A stretch of 64,000 nt of DNA from Eledone cirrhosa. Lineage: Eukaryota. Each line of letters starts with the position of its first letter. Position 1 is the first letter of the stretch. The DNA lies in assembly GCA_964016885.1 (NCBI GenBank), contig OZ024759.1:3224001-3288000 (forward strand), given 5' to 3'. The notes below the pieces were generated by a model. The model was given only the letters and a program-made list of their open reading frames with translations. It was not told where the DNA came from and made no database searches. This document shows, piece by piece, positions 50,901 through 64,000 of the stretch. Position numbers and translations under genes: made by a program.

Positions 50901-53900
50901 CCAACCACATTTACAGTGTGGACTGGGAGATTTTTACCGTGTTGCCTACACGGCCACATTACAGCGTGGACTGTCTGGCGGGTTTTCTACGGCTGGATGC
51001 CCTTCCTAACACCAACCACATTTAGTGTGGGGTTGCGAGGTTTTTACTGTGTTGCCTACACGGCCACATTACAGCGTGGACTGTCTGGCCGGTTTTCTAC
51101 GGCTGGATGCCCTTCCTAACACCAACTACGCTTACAGTGTGGAACTGGGAGGTTTTTACCGTGTTGCCTACACGGCCACATTACAGCGTGGACTGTCTGG
51201 CGGGTTTTCTACAGCTGGATGCCCTTCCTAACACCAACCACATTTACATTATGGACTGGGAGATTTTTACCGTGTTGCCTACACGGCCACATTACAGCGT
51301 GGACTGTCTGGCGGGTTTTCTACAGCTGGATGCCCTTCCTAACACCAACCACATTTACAGTGTTGACTGGGAGATTTTTACCGTGTTGCCTACACGGCCA
51401 CATTACAGCGTGGACTGTCTGGCGGGTTTTCTACGGCTGGATGCCCTTCCTAACACCAACCACATTTACAGTGTGGACTGGGAGGTTTTTACCGTGTTGC
51501 CTACACGGCCACATTACAGCGTGGACTGTCTGGCGGGTTTTCTACAGCTGGATGCCCTTCCTAACACCAACTACGTTTACAGTGTGGAACTGGGAGGTTT
51601 TTCCCGTGTTGCCTACACGGCCACATTACAGCGTGGACTGTCTGGCGGGTTTTCTACAGCTGGATGCCCTTCCTAACACCAACCACATTTACAGTGTGGA
51701 CTGGGAGATTTTTACCGTGTTGCCTACACGGCCACATTACAGCGTGGACTGTCTGGCGGGTTTTCTACGGCTGGATGCACTTCCTAACACCAACCACATT
51801 TACATTGTGGACTGGGAGATTTTTACCGTGTTGCCTACACGGCCACATTACAGCGTGGACTGACTGGCGGGTTTTCTACAGCTGGATGCTCTTCCTAACA
51901 CCAACCACATTTACAGTGTGGACTGGGAGATTTTTACCGTGTTGCCTACACGGCCACATTACAGCGTGCACTGTCTGGCGGGTTTTCTACGGCTGGATGC
52001 CCTTCCTAACACCAACCACATTTACAGTGTGGGGCTGGGAGGTTTTTACTGTGTTGCCTACACAGCCACATTACAGCGTGGACTGTCTGGCGGGTTTTCT
52101 ACAGCTGGATGCCCTTCCTAACACCAACTACGTTTACAGTGTGGGCTGGGAGGTTTTTACCGTGTTGCCTACACGGCCACATTACAGTGTGGACTGTCTG
52201 GCGGGTTTTCTACAGCTGGATGCCCTTCCTAACACCAACTACGCTTACAGTGTGGGACTGGGAGGTTTTTACCGCGTTGCCTACACGGCCACATTACAGC
52301 GTGGACTGTCTGGCGGGTTTTCTACAGCTGGATGCCCTTCCTAACACCAACCACATTTACAGTGTGGACTGGGAGATTTTTACCGTGTTGCCTACACGGC
52401 CACATTACAGCGTGGACTGTCTGGCGGGTTTTCTACGGCTGGATGCCCTTCCTAACACCAATCACATTTACAGTGTGGACTGGGAGGTTTTTACCGTGTT
52501 GCCTACACGGCCACATTACAGCGTGGACTGTCTGGTGGGTTTTCTACGGCTGGATGCCCTTCCTAACACCAACCACATTTACAGTGTGGACTGGGAGGTT
52601 TTTACCGTGTTGCCTACAAGGCCACATTACAGCGTGGACTGTCTGGCGGGTTTTCTACGGCTGGATGCCCTTCCTAACACCAACCACATTTACATAGTGG
52701 ACAGGGAGATTTTTACCGTGTTGCCTACACGGCCACATTACAGCGTGGACTGTCTGGCGGGTTTTCTACAGCTGGATGCCCTTCCTAACACCAACCACAT
52801 TTACAGTGTGGACTGGGAGGTTTTTACCGTGTTGCCTACACGGCCACATTACAGCGTGGACTGTCTGGCGGGTTATCTACGGCTGGATGCCCTTCCTAAC
52901 ACCAACCACATTTACAGTGTGGAACTGGGAGGTTTTTACCGTGTTGCCTACACGGCCACATTACAGCGTGGACTGTCTGGCGGGTTTTCTACGGCTGGAT
53001 GCTATTCCTAACACCAACCACATTTACATTTTGGACTGGGAGATTTTTACCGTGTTGCCTACACGGCCACATTACAGCGTGGACTGACTGGCGGGTTTTC
53101 TACAGCTGGATGCTCTTCCTAACACCAACCACATTTACAGTGTGGACTGGGAGATTTTTACCGTGTTGCATACACGGCCACATTACAGAGTGGTCTGTCT
53201 GGCGGGTTTTCTACGGCTGGATGCCCTTCCTAACACCAACCACATTTAGTGTGGGGTTGCGAGGTTTTTACTGTGTTGCCTACACGGCCACATTACAGCG
53301 TGGACTGTCTGGCCGGTTTTCTACGGCTGGATGCCCTTCCTAACACCAACTACGCTTACAGTGTGGAACTGGGAGGTTTTTACCGTGTTGCCTACACGGC
53401 CACATTACAGCGTGGACTGTCTGGCGGGTTTTCTACAGCTGGATGCCCTTCCTAACACCAACCACATTTACATTGTGGACTGGGAGATTTTTACCGTGTT
53501 GCCTACACGGCCACATTACAGCGTGGACTGTCTGGCGGGTTTTCTACAGCTGGATGCCCTTCCTAACACCAACCACATTTACAGTGTTGACTGGGAGATT
53601 TTTACCGTGTTGCCTACACGGCCACATTACAGCGTGGACTGTCTGGCGGGTTTTCTACGGCTGGATGCCCTTCCTAACACCAACCACATTTACAGTGTGG
53701 ACTGGGAGGTTTTTACCGGGTTGCCTACACGGCCACATTACAGCGTGGACTGTCTGGCGGGTTATCTACGGCTGGATGCCCTTCCTAACACCAACCACAT
53801 TTACAGTGTGGACTGGGGGGTTTTTACCGGGTTGCCTACACGGCCACATTACAGCGTGGACTGTCTGGCGGGTTATCTACGGCTGGATGCCCTTCCTAAC

Positions 53901-56900
53901 ACCAACCACATTTACAGTGTGGACTGGGAGGTTTTTACCGTGTTGCCTACACGGCCACATTACTGCGTGGACTGTCTGGCGGGTTTTCTACAGCTGGATG
54001 CCCTTCCTAACACCAACTACGTTTACAGTGTGGAACTGGGAGGTTTTTCCCGTGTTGCCTACACGGCCACATTACAGCGTGGACTGTCTGGCGGGTTTTC
54101 TACAGCTGGATGCCCTTCCTAACACCAACCACATTTACAGTGTGGACTGGGAGGTTTTTACCGTGTTGCCTACACGGCCACATTACAGCGTGGACTGTCT
54201 GGCGGGTTTTCTACAGCTGGATGCCCTTCCTAACACCAACTACGTTTACAGTGTGGAACTGGGAGGTTTTTCCCGTGTTGCCTACACGGCCACATTACAG
54301 CGTGGACTGTCTGGCGGGTTTTCTACAGCTGGATGCCCTTCCTAACACCAACCACATTTACAGTGTGGACTGGGAGATTTTTACCGTGTTGCCTACACGG
54401 CCACATTACAGCGTGGACTGTCTGGCGGGTTTTCTACGGCTGGATGCCCTTCCTAACACCAACCACATTTACATTGTGGACTAGGAGATTTTTACCGTGT
54501 TGCCTACACGGCCACATTACAGCGTGGACTGACTGGCGGGTTTTCTACAGCTGGATGCTCTTCCTAACACCAACCACATTTACAGTGTGGGCTGGGAGGT
54601 TTTTACCGTGTTGCCTACACGGCCACATTACAGTGTGGACTGTCTGGCGGGTTTTCTACAGCTGGATGCCCTTCCTAACACCAACTACGCTTACATTGTG
54701 GAACTGGTAGGTTTTTACCGCGTTGCCTACACGGCCACATTACAGCGTGGACTGTCTGGCGGGTTTTCTACGGCTGGATGCCCTTCCTAACACCAACCAC
54801 ATTTACAGTGTGGACTGGGAGATTTTTACCGTGTTGCCTACACGGCCACATTACAGCGTGGACTGTCTGGCGGGTTTTCTACGGCTGGATGCCCTTCCTA
54901 ACACCAATCACATTTACAGTGTGGACTGGGAGGTTTTTACCGTGTTGCCTACACGGCCACATTACAGCATGGACTGTCTGGTGGGTTTTCTACGGCTGGA
55001 TGCCCTTCCTAACACCAACCACATTTACAGTGTGGACTGGGAGGTTTTTACCGTGTTGCCTACAAGGCCACATTACAGCGTGGACTGTCTGGCGGGTTTT
55101 CTACGGCTGGATGCCCTTCCTAACACCAACCACATTTACATAGTGGACAGGGAGATTTTTACCGTGTTGCCTACACGGCCACATTACAGCGTGGACTGTC
55201 TGGCCGGTTTTCTACGGCTGGATGCCCTTCCTAACACCAACTACGCTTACAGTGTGGAACTGGGAGGTTTTTACCGTGTTGCCTACACGGCCACATTACA
55301 GCGTGGACTGTCTGGCGGGTTTTCTACAGCTGGATGCCCTTCCTAACACCAACCACATTTACATTGTGGACTGGGATATTTTTACCGTGTTGCCTACACG
55401 GCCACATTACAGCGTGGACTGTCTGGCGGGTTTTCTACAGCTGGATGCCCTTCCTAACACCAACCACATTTACAGTGTTGACTGGGAGATTTTTACCGTG
55501 TTGCCTACACGGCCACATTACAGCGTGGACTGTCTGGCGGGTTTTCTACGGCTGGATGCCCTTCCTAACACCAACCACATTTACAGTGTTGACTGGGAGG
55601 TTTTTACCGGGTTGCCTACACGGCCACATTACAGCGTGGACTGTCTGGCGGGTTATCTACGGCTGGATGCCCTTCCTAACACCAACCACATTTACAGTGT
55701 GGACTGGGAGGTTTTTACCGGGTTGCCTACACGGCCACATTACAGCGTGGACTGTCTGGCGGGTTATCTACGGCTGGATGCCCTTCCTAACACCAACCAC
55801 ATTTACAGTGTGGACTGGGAGGTTTTTACCGTGTTGCCTACACGGCCACATTACTGCGTGGACTGTCTGGCGGGTTTTCTACAGCTGGATGCCCTTCCTA
55901 ACACCAACTACGTTTACAGTGTGGAACTGGGAGGTTTTTCCCGTGTTGCCTACACGGCCACATTACAGCGTGGACTGTCTGGCGGGTTTTCTACAGCTGG
56001 ATGCCCTTCCTAACACCAACCACATTTACAGTGTGGACTGGGAGGTTTTTACCGTGTTGCCTACACGGCCACATTACAGCGTGGACTGTCTGGCGGGTTT
56101 TCTACAGCTGGATGCCCTTCCTAACACCAACTACGTTTACAGTGTGGAACTGGGAGGTTTTTCCCGTGTTGCCTACACGGCCACATTACAGCGTGGACTG
56201 TCTGGCGGGTTTTCTACAGCTGGATGCCCTTCCTAACACCAACCACATTTACAGTGTGGACTGGGAGATTTTTACCGTGTTGCCTACACGGCCACATTAC
56301 AGCGTGGACTGTCTGGCGGGTTTTCTACGGCTGGATGCCCTTCCTAACACCAACCACATTTACATTGTGGACTGGGAGATTTTTACCGTGTTGCCTACAC
56401 GGCCACATTACAGCGTGGACTGACTGGCGGGTTTTCTACAGCTGGATGCTCTTCCTAACACCAACCACATTTACAGTGTGGGCTGGGAGGTTTTTACCGT
56501 GTTGCCTACACGGCCACATTACAGTGTGGACTGTCTGGCGGGTTTTCTACAGCTGGATGCCCTTCCTAACACCAACTACGCTTACAGTGTGGAACTGGGA
56601 GGTTTTTACCGCGTTGCCTACACGGCCACATTACAGCGTGGACTGTCTGGTGGGTTTTCTACGGCCTGATGCCCTTCCTAACACCAACCACATTTACAGT
56701 GTGGACTGGGAGGTTTTTACCGTGTTGCCTACAAGGCCACATTACAGCGTGGACTGTCTGGCGGGTTTTCTACGGCTGGATGCCCTTCCTAACACCAACC
56801 ACATTTACATAGTGGACAGGGAGATTTTTACCGTGTTGCCTACACGGCCACATTACAGCGTGGACTGTCTGGCGGGTTTTCTACAGCTGGATGCCCTTCC

Positions 56901-59900
56901 TAACACCAACCACATTTACAGTGTGGACTGGGAGATTTTTACCGTGTTGCCTACACGGCCACATTACAGCGTGGACTGTCTGGCGGGTTTTCTACGGCTG
57001 GATGCCCTTCCTAACACCAACCACATTTACAGTGTGGACTGGGAGGTTTTTACCGGGTTGCCTACACGGCCACATTACAGCGTGGACTGTCTGGCGGGTT
57101 ATCTACGGCTGGATGCCCTTCCTAACACCAACCACATTTACAGTGTGGACTGGGAGGTTTTTACCGTGTTGCCTACACGGCCACATTACAGCGTGGACTG
57201 ACTGGCGGGTTTTCTACAGCTGGATGCTCTTCCTAACACCAACCACATTTACAGTGTGGGCTGGGAGGTTTTTACCGTGTTGCCTACACGGCCACATTAC
57301 AGTGTGGACTGTCTGGCGGGTTTTCTACAGCTGGATGCCCTTCCTAACACCAACTACGCTTACAGTGTGGAACTGGGAGGTTTTTACCGCGTTGCCTACA
57401 CGGCCACATTACAGCGTGGACTGTCTGGTGGGTTTTCTACGGCCTGATGCCCTTCCTAACACCAACCACATTTACAGTGTGGACTGGGAGGTTTTTACCG
57501 TGTTGCCTACAAGGCCACATTACAGCGTGGACTGTCTGGCGGGTTTTCTACGGCTGGATGCCCTTCCTAACACCAACCACATTTACATAGTGGACAGGGA
57601 GATTTTTACCGTGTTGCCTACACGGCCACATTACAGCGTGGACTGTCTGGCGGGTTTTCTACAGCTGGATGCCCTTCCTAACACCAACCACATTTACAGT
57701 GTGGACTGGGAGATTTTTACCGTGTTGCCTACACGGCCACATTACAGCGTGGACTGTCTGGCGGGTTTTCTACGGCTGGATGCCCTTCCTAACACCAACC
57801 ACATTTACAGTGTGGACTGGGAGGTTTTTACCGGGTTGCCTACACGGCCACATTACAGCGTGGACTGTCTGGCGGGTTATCTACGGCTGGATGCCCTTCC
57901 TAACACCAACCACATTTACAGTGTGGGGCTGGGAGGTTTTTACTGTGTTGCCTACACAGCCACATTACAGCGTGGACTGTCTGGCGGGTTTTCTACAGCT
58001 GGATGCCCTTCCTAACACCAACTACGTTTACAGTGTGGGCTGGGAGGTTTTTACCGTGTTGCCTACACGGCCACATTACAGTGTGGACTGTCTGGCGGGT
58101 TTTCTACAGCTGGATGCCCTTCCTAACACCAACTACGCTTACAGTGTGGGACTGGGAGGTTTTTACCGCGTTGCCTACACGGCCACATTACAGCGTGGAC
58201 TGTCTGGCGGGTTTTCTACAGCTGGATGCCCTTCCTAACACCAACCACATTTACAGTGTGGACTGGGAGATTTTTACCGTGTTGCCTACACGGCCACATT
58301 ACAGCGTGGACTGTCTGGCGGGTTTTCTACGGCTGGATGCCCTTCCTAACACCAATCACATTTACAGTGTGGACTGGGAGGTTTTTACCGTGTTGCCTAC
58401 ACGGCCACATTACAGCGTGGACTGTCTGGTGGGTTTTCTACGGCTGGATGCCCTTCCTAACACCAACCACATTTACAGTGTGGACTGGGAGGTTTTTACC
58501 GTGTTGCCTACAAGGCCACATTACAGCGTGGACTGTCTGGCGGGTTTTCTACGGCTGGATGCCCTTCCTAACACCAACCACATTTACATAGTGGACAGGG
58601 AGATTTTTACCGTGTTGCCTACACGGCCACATTACAGCGTGGACTGTCTGGCGGGTTTTCTACAGCTGGATGCCCTTCCTAACACCAACCACATTTACAG
58701 TGTGGACTGGGAGGTTTTTACCGTGTTGCCTACACGGCCACATTACAGCGTGGACTGTCTGGCGGGTTATCTACGGCTGGATGCCCTTCCTAACACCAAC
58801 CACATTTACAGTGTGGAACTGGGAGGTTTTTACCGTGTTGCCTACACGGCCACATTACAGCGTGGACTGTCTGGCGGGTTTTCTACGGCTGGATGCTATT
58901 CCTAACACCAACCACATTTACATTTTGGACTGGGAGATTTTTACCGTGTTGCCTACACGGCCACATTACAGCGTGGACTGACTGGCGGGTTTTCTACAGC
59001 TGGATGCTCTTCCTAACACCAACCACATTTACAGTGTGGACTGGGAGATTTTTACCGTGTTGCATACACGGCCACATTACAGAGTGGTCTGTCTGGCGGG
59101 TTTTCTACGGCTGGATGCCCTTCCTAACACCAACCACATTTAGTGTGGGGTTGCGAGGTTTTTACTGTGTTGCCTACACGGCCACATTACAGCGTGGACT
59201 GTCTGGCCGGTTTTCTACGGCTGGATGCCCTTCCTAACACCAACTACGCTTACAGTGTGGAACTGGGAGGTTTTTACCGTGTTGCCTACACGGCCACATT
59301 ACAGCGTGGACTGTCTGGCGGGTTTTCTACAGCTGGATGCCCTTCCTAACACCAACCACATTTACATTGTGGACTGGGAGATTTTTACCGTGTTGCCTAC
59401 ACGGCCACATTACAGCGTGGACTGTCTGGCGGGTTTTCTACAGCTGGATGCCCTTCCTAACACCAACCACATTTACAGTGTTGACTGGGAGATTTTTACC
59501 GTGTTGCCTACACGGCCACATTACAGCGTGGACTGTCTGGCGGGTTTTCTACGGCTGGATGCCCTTCCTAACACCAACCACATTTACAGTGTGGACTGGG
59601 AGGTTTTTACCGGGTTGCCTACACGGCCACATTACAGCGTGGACTGTCTGGCGGGTTATCTACGGCTGGATGCCCTTCCTAACACCAACCACATTTACAG
59701 TGTGGACTGGGGGGTTTTTACCGGGTTGCCTACACGGCCACATTACAGCGTGGACTGTCTGGCGGGTTATCTACGGCTGGATGCCCTTCCTAACACCAAC
59801 CACATTTACAGTGTGGACTGGGAGGTTTTTACCGTGTTGCCTACACGGCCACATTACTGCGTGGACTGTCTGGCGGGTTTTCTACAGCTGGATGCCCTTC

Positions 59901-62900
59901 CTAACACCAACTACGTTTACAGTGTGGAACTGGGAGGTTTTTCCCGTGTTGCCTACACGGCCACATTACAGCGTGGACTGTCTGGCGGGTTTTCTACAGC
60001 TGGATGCCCTTCCTAACACCAACCACATTTACAGTGTGGACTGGGAGGTTTTTACCGTGTTGCCTACACGGCCACATTACAGCGTGGACTGTCTGGCGGG
60101 TTTTCTACAGCTGGATGCCCTTCCTAACACCAACTACGTTTACAGTGTGGAACTGGGAGGTTTTTCCCGTGTTGCCTACACGGCCACATTACAGCGTGGA
60201 CTGTCTGGCGGGTTTTCTACAGCTGGATGCCCTTCCTAACACCAACCACATTTACAGTGTGGACTGGGAGATTTTTACCGTGTTGCCTACACGGCCACAT
60301 TACAGCGTGGACTGTCTGGCGGGTTTTCTACGGCTGGATGCCCTTCCTAACACCAACCACATTTACATTGTGGACTAGGAGATTTTTACCGTGTTGCCTA
60401 CACGGCCACATTACAGCGTGGACTGACTGGCGGGTTTTCTACAGCTGGATGCTCTTCCTAACACCAACCACATTTACAGTGTGGGCTGGGAGGTTTTTAC
60501 CGTGTTGCCTACACGGCCACATTACAGTGTGGACTGTCTGGCGGGTTTTCTACAGCTGGATGCCCTTCCTAACACCAACTACGCTTACATTGTGGAACTG
60601 GGAGGTTTTTACCGCGTTGCCTACACGGCCACATTACAGCGTGGACTGTCTGGCGGGTTTTCTACGGCTGGATGCCCTTCCTAACACCAACCACATTTAC
60701 AGTGTGGACTGGGAGATTTTTACCGTGTTGCCTACACGGCCACATTACAGCGTGGACTGTCTGGCGGGTTTTCTACGGCTGGATGCCCTTCCTAACACCA
60801 ATCACATTTACAGTGTGGACTGGGAGGTTTTTACCGTGTTGCCTACACGGCCACATTACAGCATGGACTGTCTGGTGGGTTTTCTACGGCTGGATGCCCT
60901 TCCTAACACCAACCACATTTACAGTGTGGACTGGGAGGTTTTTACCGTGTTGCCTACAAGGCCACATTACAGCGTGGACTGTCTGGCGGGTTTTCTACGG
61001 CTGGATGCCCTTCCTAACACCAACCACATTTACATAGTGGACAGGGAGATTTTTACCGTGTTGCCTACACGGCCACATTACAGCGTGGACTGTCTGGCCG
61101 GTTTTCTACGGCTGGATGCCCTTCCTAACACCAACTACGCTTACAGTGTGGAACTGGGAGGTTTTTACCGTGTTGCCTACACGGCCACATTACAGCGTGG
61201 ACTGTCTGGCGGGTTTTCTACAGCTGGATGCCCTTCCTAACACCAACCACATTTACATTGTGGACTGGGATATTTTTACCGTGTTGCCTACACGGCCACA
61301 TTACAGCGTGGACTGTCTGGCGGGTTTTCTACAGCTGGATGCCCTTCCTAACACCAACCACATTTACAGTGTTGACTGGGAGATTTTTACCGTGTTGCCT
61401 ACACGGCCACATTACAGCGTGGACTGTCTGGCGGGTTTTCTACGGCTGGATGCCCTTCCTAACACCAACCACATTTACAGTGTTGACTGGGAGGTTTTTA
61501 CCGGGTTGCCTACACGGCCACATTACAGCGTGGACTGTCTGGCGGGTTATCTACGGCTGGATGCCCTTCCTAACACCAACCACATTTACAGTGTGGACTG
61601 GGAGGTTTTTACCGGGTTGCCTACACGGCCACATTACAGCGTGGACTGTCTGGCGGGTTATCTACGGCTGGATGCCCTTCCTAACACCAACCACATTTAC
61701 AGTGTGGACTGGGAGGTTTTTACCGTGTTGCCTACACGGCCACATTACTGCGTGGACTGTCTGGCGGGTTTTCTACAGCTGGATGCCCTTCCTAACACCA
61801 ACTACGTTTACAGTGTGGAACTGGGAGGTTTTTCCCGTGTTGCCTACACGGCCACATTACAGCGTGGACTGTCTGGCGGGTTTTCTACAGCTGGATGCCC
61901 TTCCTAACACCAACCACATTTACAGTGTGGACTGGGAGGTTTTTACCGTGTTGCCTACACGGCCACATTACAGCGTGGACTGTCTGGCGGGTTTTCTACA
62001 GCTGGATGCCCTTCCTAACACCAACTACGTTTACAGTGTGGAACTGGGAGGTTTTTCCCGTGTTGCCTACACGGCCACATTACAGCGTGGACTGTCTGGC
62101 GGGTTTTCTACAGCTGGATGCCCTTCCTAACACCAACCACATTTACAGTGTGGACTGGGAGATTTTTACCGTGTTGCCTACACGGCCACATTACAGCGTG
62201 GACTGTCTGGCGGGTTTTCTACGGCTGGATGCCCTTCCTAACACCAACCACATTTACATTGTGGACTGGGAGATTTTTACCGTGTTGCCTACACGGCCAC
62301 ATTACAGCGTGGACTGACTGGCGGGTTTTCTACAGCTGGATGCTCTTCCTAACACCAACCACATTTACAGTGTGGGCTGGGAGGTTTTTACCGTGTTGCC
62401 TACACGGCCACATTACAGTGTGGACTGTCTGGCGGGTTTTCTACAGCTGGATGCCCTTCCTAACACCAACTACGCTTACAGTGTGGAACTGGGAGGTTTT
62501 TACCGCGTTGCCTACACGGCCACATTACAGCGTGGACTGTCTGGTGGGTTTTCTACGGCCTGATGCCCTTCCTAACACCAACCACATTTACAGTGTGGAC
62601 TGGGAGGTTTTTACCGTGTTGCCTACAAGGCCACATTACAGCGTGGACTGTCTGGCGGGTTTTCTACGGCTGGATGCCCTTCCTAACACCAACCACATTT
62701 ACATAGTGGACAGGGAGATTTTTACCGTGTTGCCTACACGGCCACATTACAGCGTGGACTGTCTGGCGGGTTTTCTACAGCTGGATGCCCTTCCTAACAC
62801 CAACCACATTTACAGTGTGGACTGGGAGATTTTTACCGTGTTGCCTACACGGCCACATTACAGCGTGGACTGTCTGGCGGGTTTTCTACGGCTGGATGCC

Positions 62901-64000
62901 CTTCCTAACACCAACCACATTTACAGTGTGGACTGGGAGGTTTTTACCGGGTTGCCTACACGGCCACATTACAGCGTGGACTGTCTGGCGGGTTATCTAC
63001 GGCTGGATGCCCTTCCTAACACCAACCACATTTACAGTGTGGACTGGGAGGTTTTTACCGTGTTGCCTACACGGCCACATTACAGCGTGGACTGACTGGC
63101 GGGTTTTCTACAGCTGGATGCTCTTCCTAACACCAACCACATTTACAGTGTGGGCTGGGAGGTTTTTACCGTGTTGCCTACACGGCCACATTACAGTGTG
63201 GACTGTCTGGCGGGTTTTCTACAGCTGGATGCCCTTCCTAACACCAACTACGCTTACAGTGTGGAACTGGGAGGTTTTTACCGCGTTGCCTACACGGCCA
63301 CATTACAGCGTGGACTGTCTGGTGGGTTTTCTACGGCCTGATGCCCTTCCTAACACCAACCACATTTACAGTGTGGACTGGGAGGTTTTTACCGTGTTGC
63401 CTACAAGGCCACATTACAGCGTGGACTGTCTGGCGGGTTTTCTACGGCTGGATGCCCTTCCTAACACCAACCACATTTACATAGTGGACAGGGAGATTTT
63501 TACCGTGTTGCCTACACGGCCACATTACAGCGTGGACTGTCTGGCGGGTTTTCTACAGCTGGATGCCCTTCCTAACACCAACCACATTTACAGTGTGGAC
63601 TGGGAGATTTTTACCGTGTTGCCTACACGGCCACATTACAGCGTGGACTGTCTGGCGGGTTTTCTACGGCTGGATGCCCTTCCTAACACCAACCACATTT
63701 ACAGTGTGGACTGGGAGGTTTTTACCGGGTTGCCTACACGGCCACATTACAGCGTGGACTGTCTGGCGGGTTATCTACGGCTGGATGCCCTTCCTAACAC
63801 CAACCACATTTACAGTGTGGACTGGGAGGTTTTTACCGTGTTGCCTACACGGCCACATTACAGCGTGGACTGTCTGGCGGGTTTTCTACAGCTGGATGCC
63901 CTTCCTAACACCAACTACGTTTACAGTGTGGAACTGGGAGGTTTTTCCCGTGTTGCCTACACGGCCACATTACAGCGTGGACTGTCTGGCGGGTTTTCTA
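26952..64000. repeat. 111-bp satellite array (~330 monomers, continues past the window end) with higher-order repeats
   Basis: Consensus GGACTGTCTGGCGGGTTTTCTACRGCTGGATGCCCTTCCTAACACCAACCACATTTACAGTGTGGACTGGGAGRTTTTTACCGTGTTGCCTACACGGCCACATTACAGCGT. Head-to-tail in one orientation, with 110-112-bp variants and no visible insertions. Confidence 0.99.

Noticed and set aside
26936-63341. Hundreds of plus-strand ORFs (MPFLTPTTFTVWTGRF.../LPTRPHYSVDCLAGF...)
   Set aside because: 111 bp equals 37 codons and two frames happen to lack stops. Frequent 1-bp indels switch frames freely and the unit derives from an antisense 3' UTR, so there is no sign of coding constraint.
26952-64000. CRISPR array
   Set aside because: No unique spacers, the whole unit repeats, no cas genes, and the context is eukaryotic.

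Overview
Eukaryotic, AT-rich, repeat-saturated DNA with no recognisable host gene. The SINE/LINE families look like those of cephalopods (Octopus-like), which is an inference. The left ~27 kb is a transposon graveyard: RTE, CR1 and Penelope-like fragments (one with a minimal hammerhead ribozyme), a non-autonomous LTR element with a tRNA-Trp primer site, tRNA-derived SINEs, a Helitron, a tiny hAT MITE inside a 213-bp inverted repeat, and a ~7.16-kb tandem duplication carrying a GC-rich degenerate CRE-clade non-LTR retrotransposon. From ~26,952 to the window end there is a 111-bp satellite (~330 copies) with nested higher-order repeats. The main observation is that the satellite's origin is visible in the window. 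The monomer is a segment of the RTE/SINE 3' UTR, the element's (GAT)n tail is still attached at the array edge, and a dispersed single-copy relative (3030-3147) shows the unit bounded by ACAGTCC-like microhomologies exactly 111 bp apart. The many ORFs in the satellite, minisatellite and microsatellites are considered artefacts.
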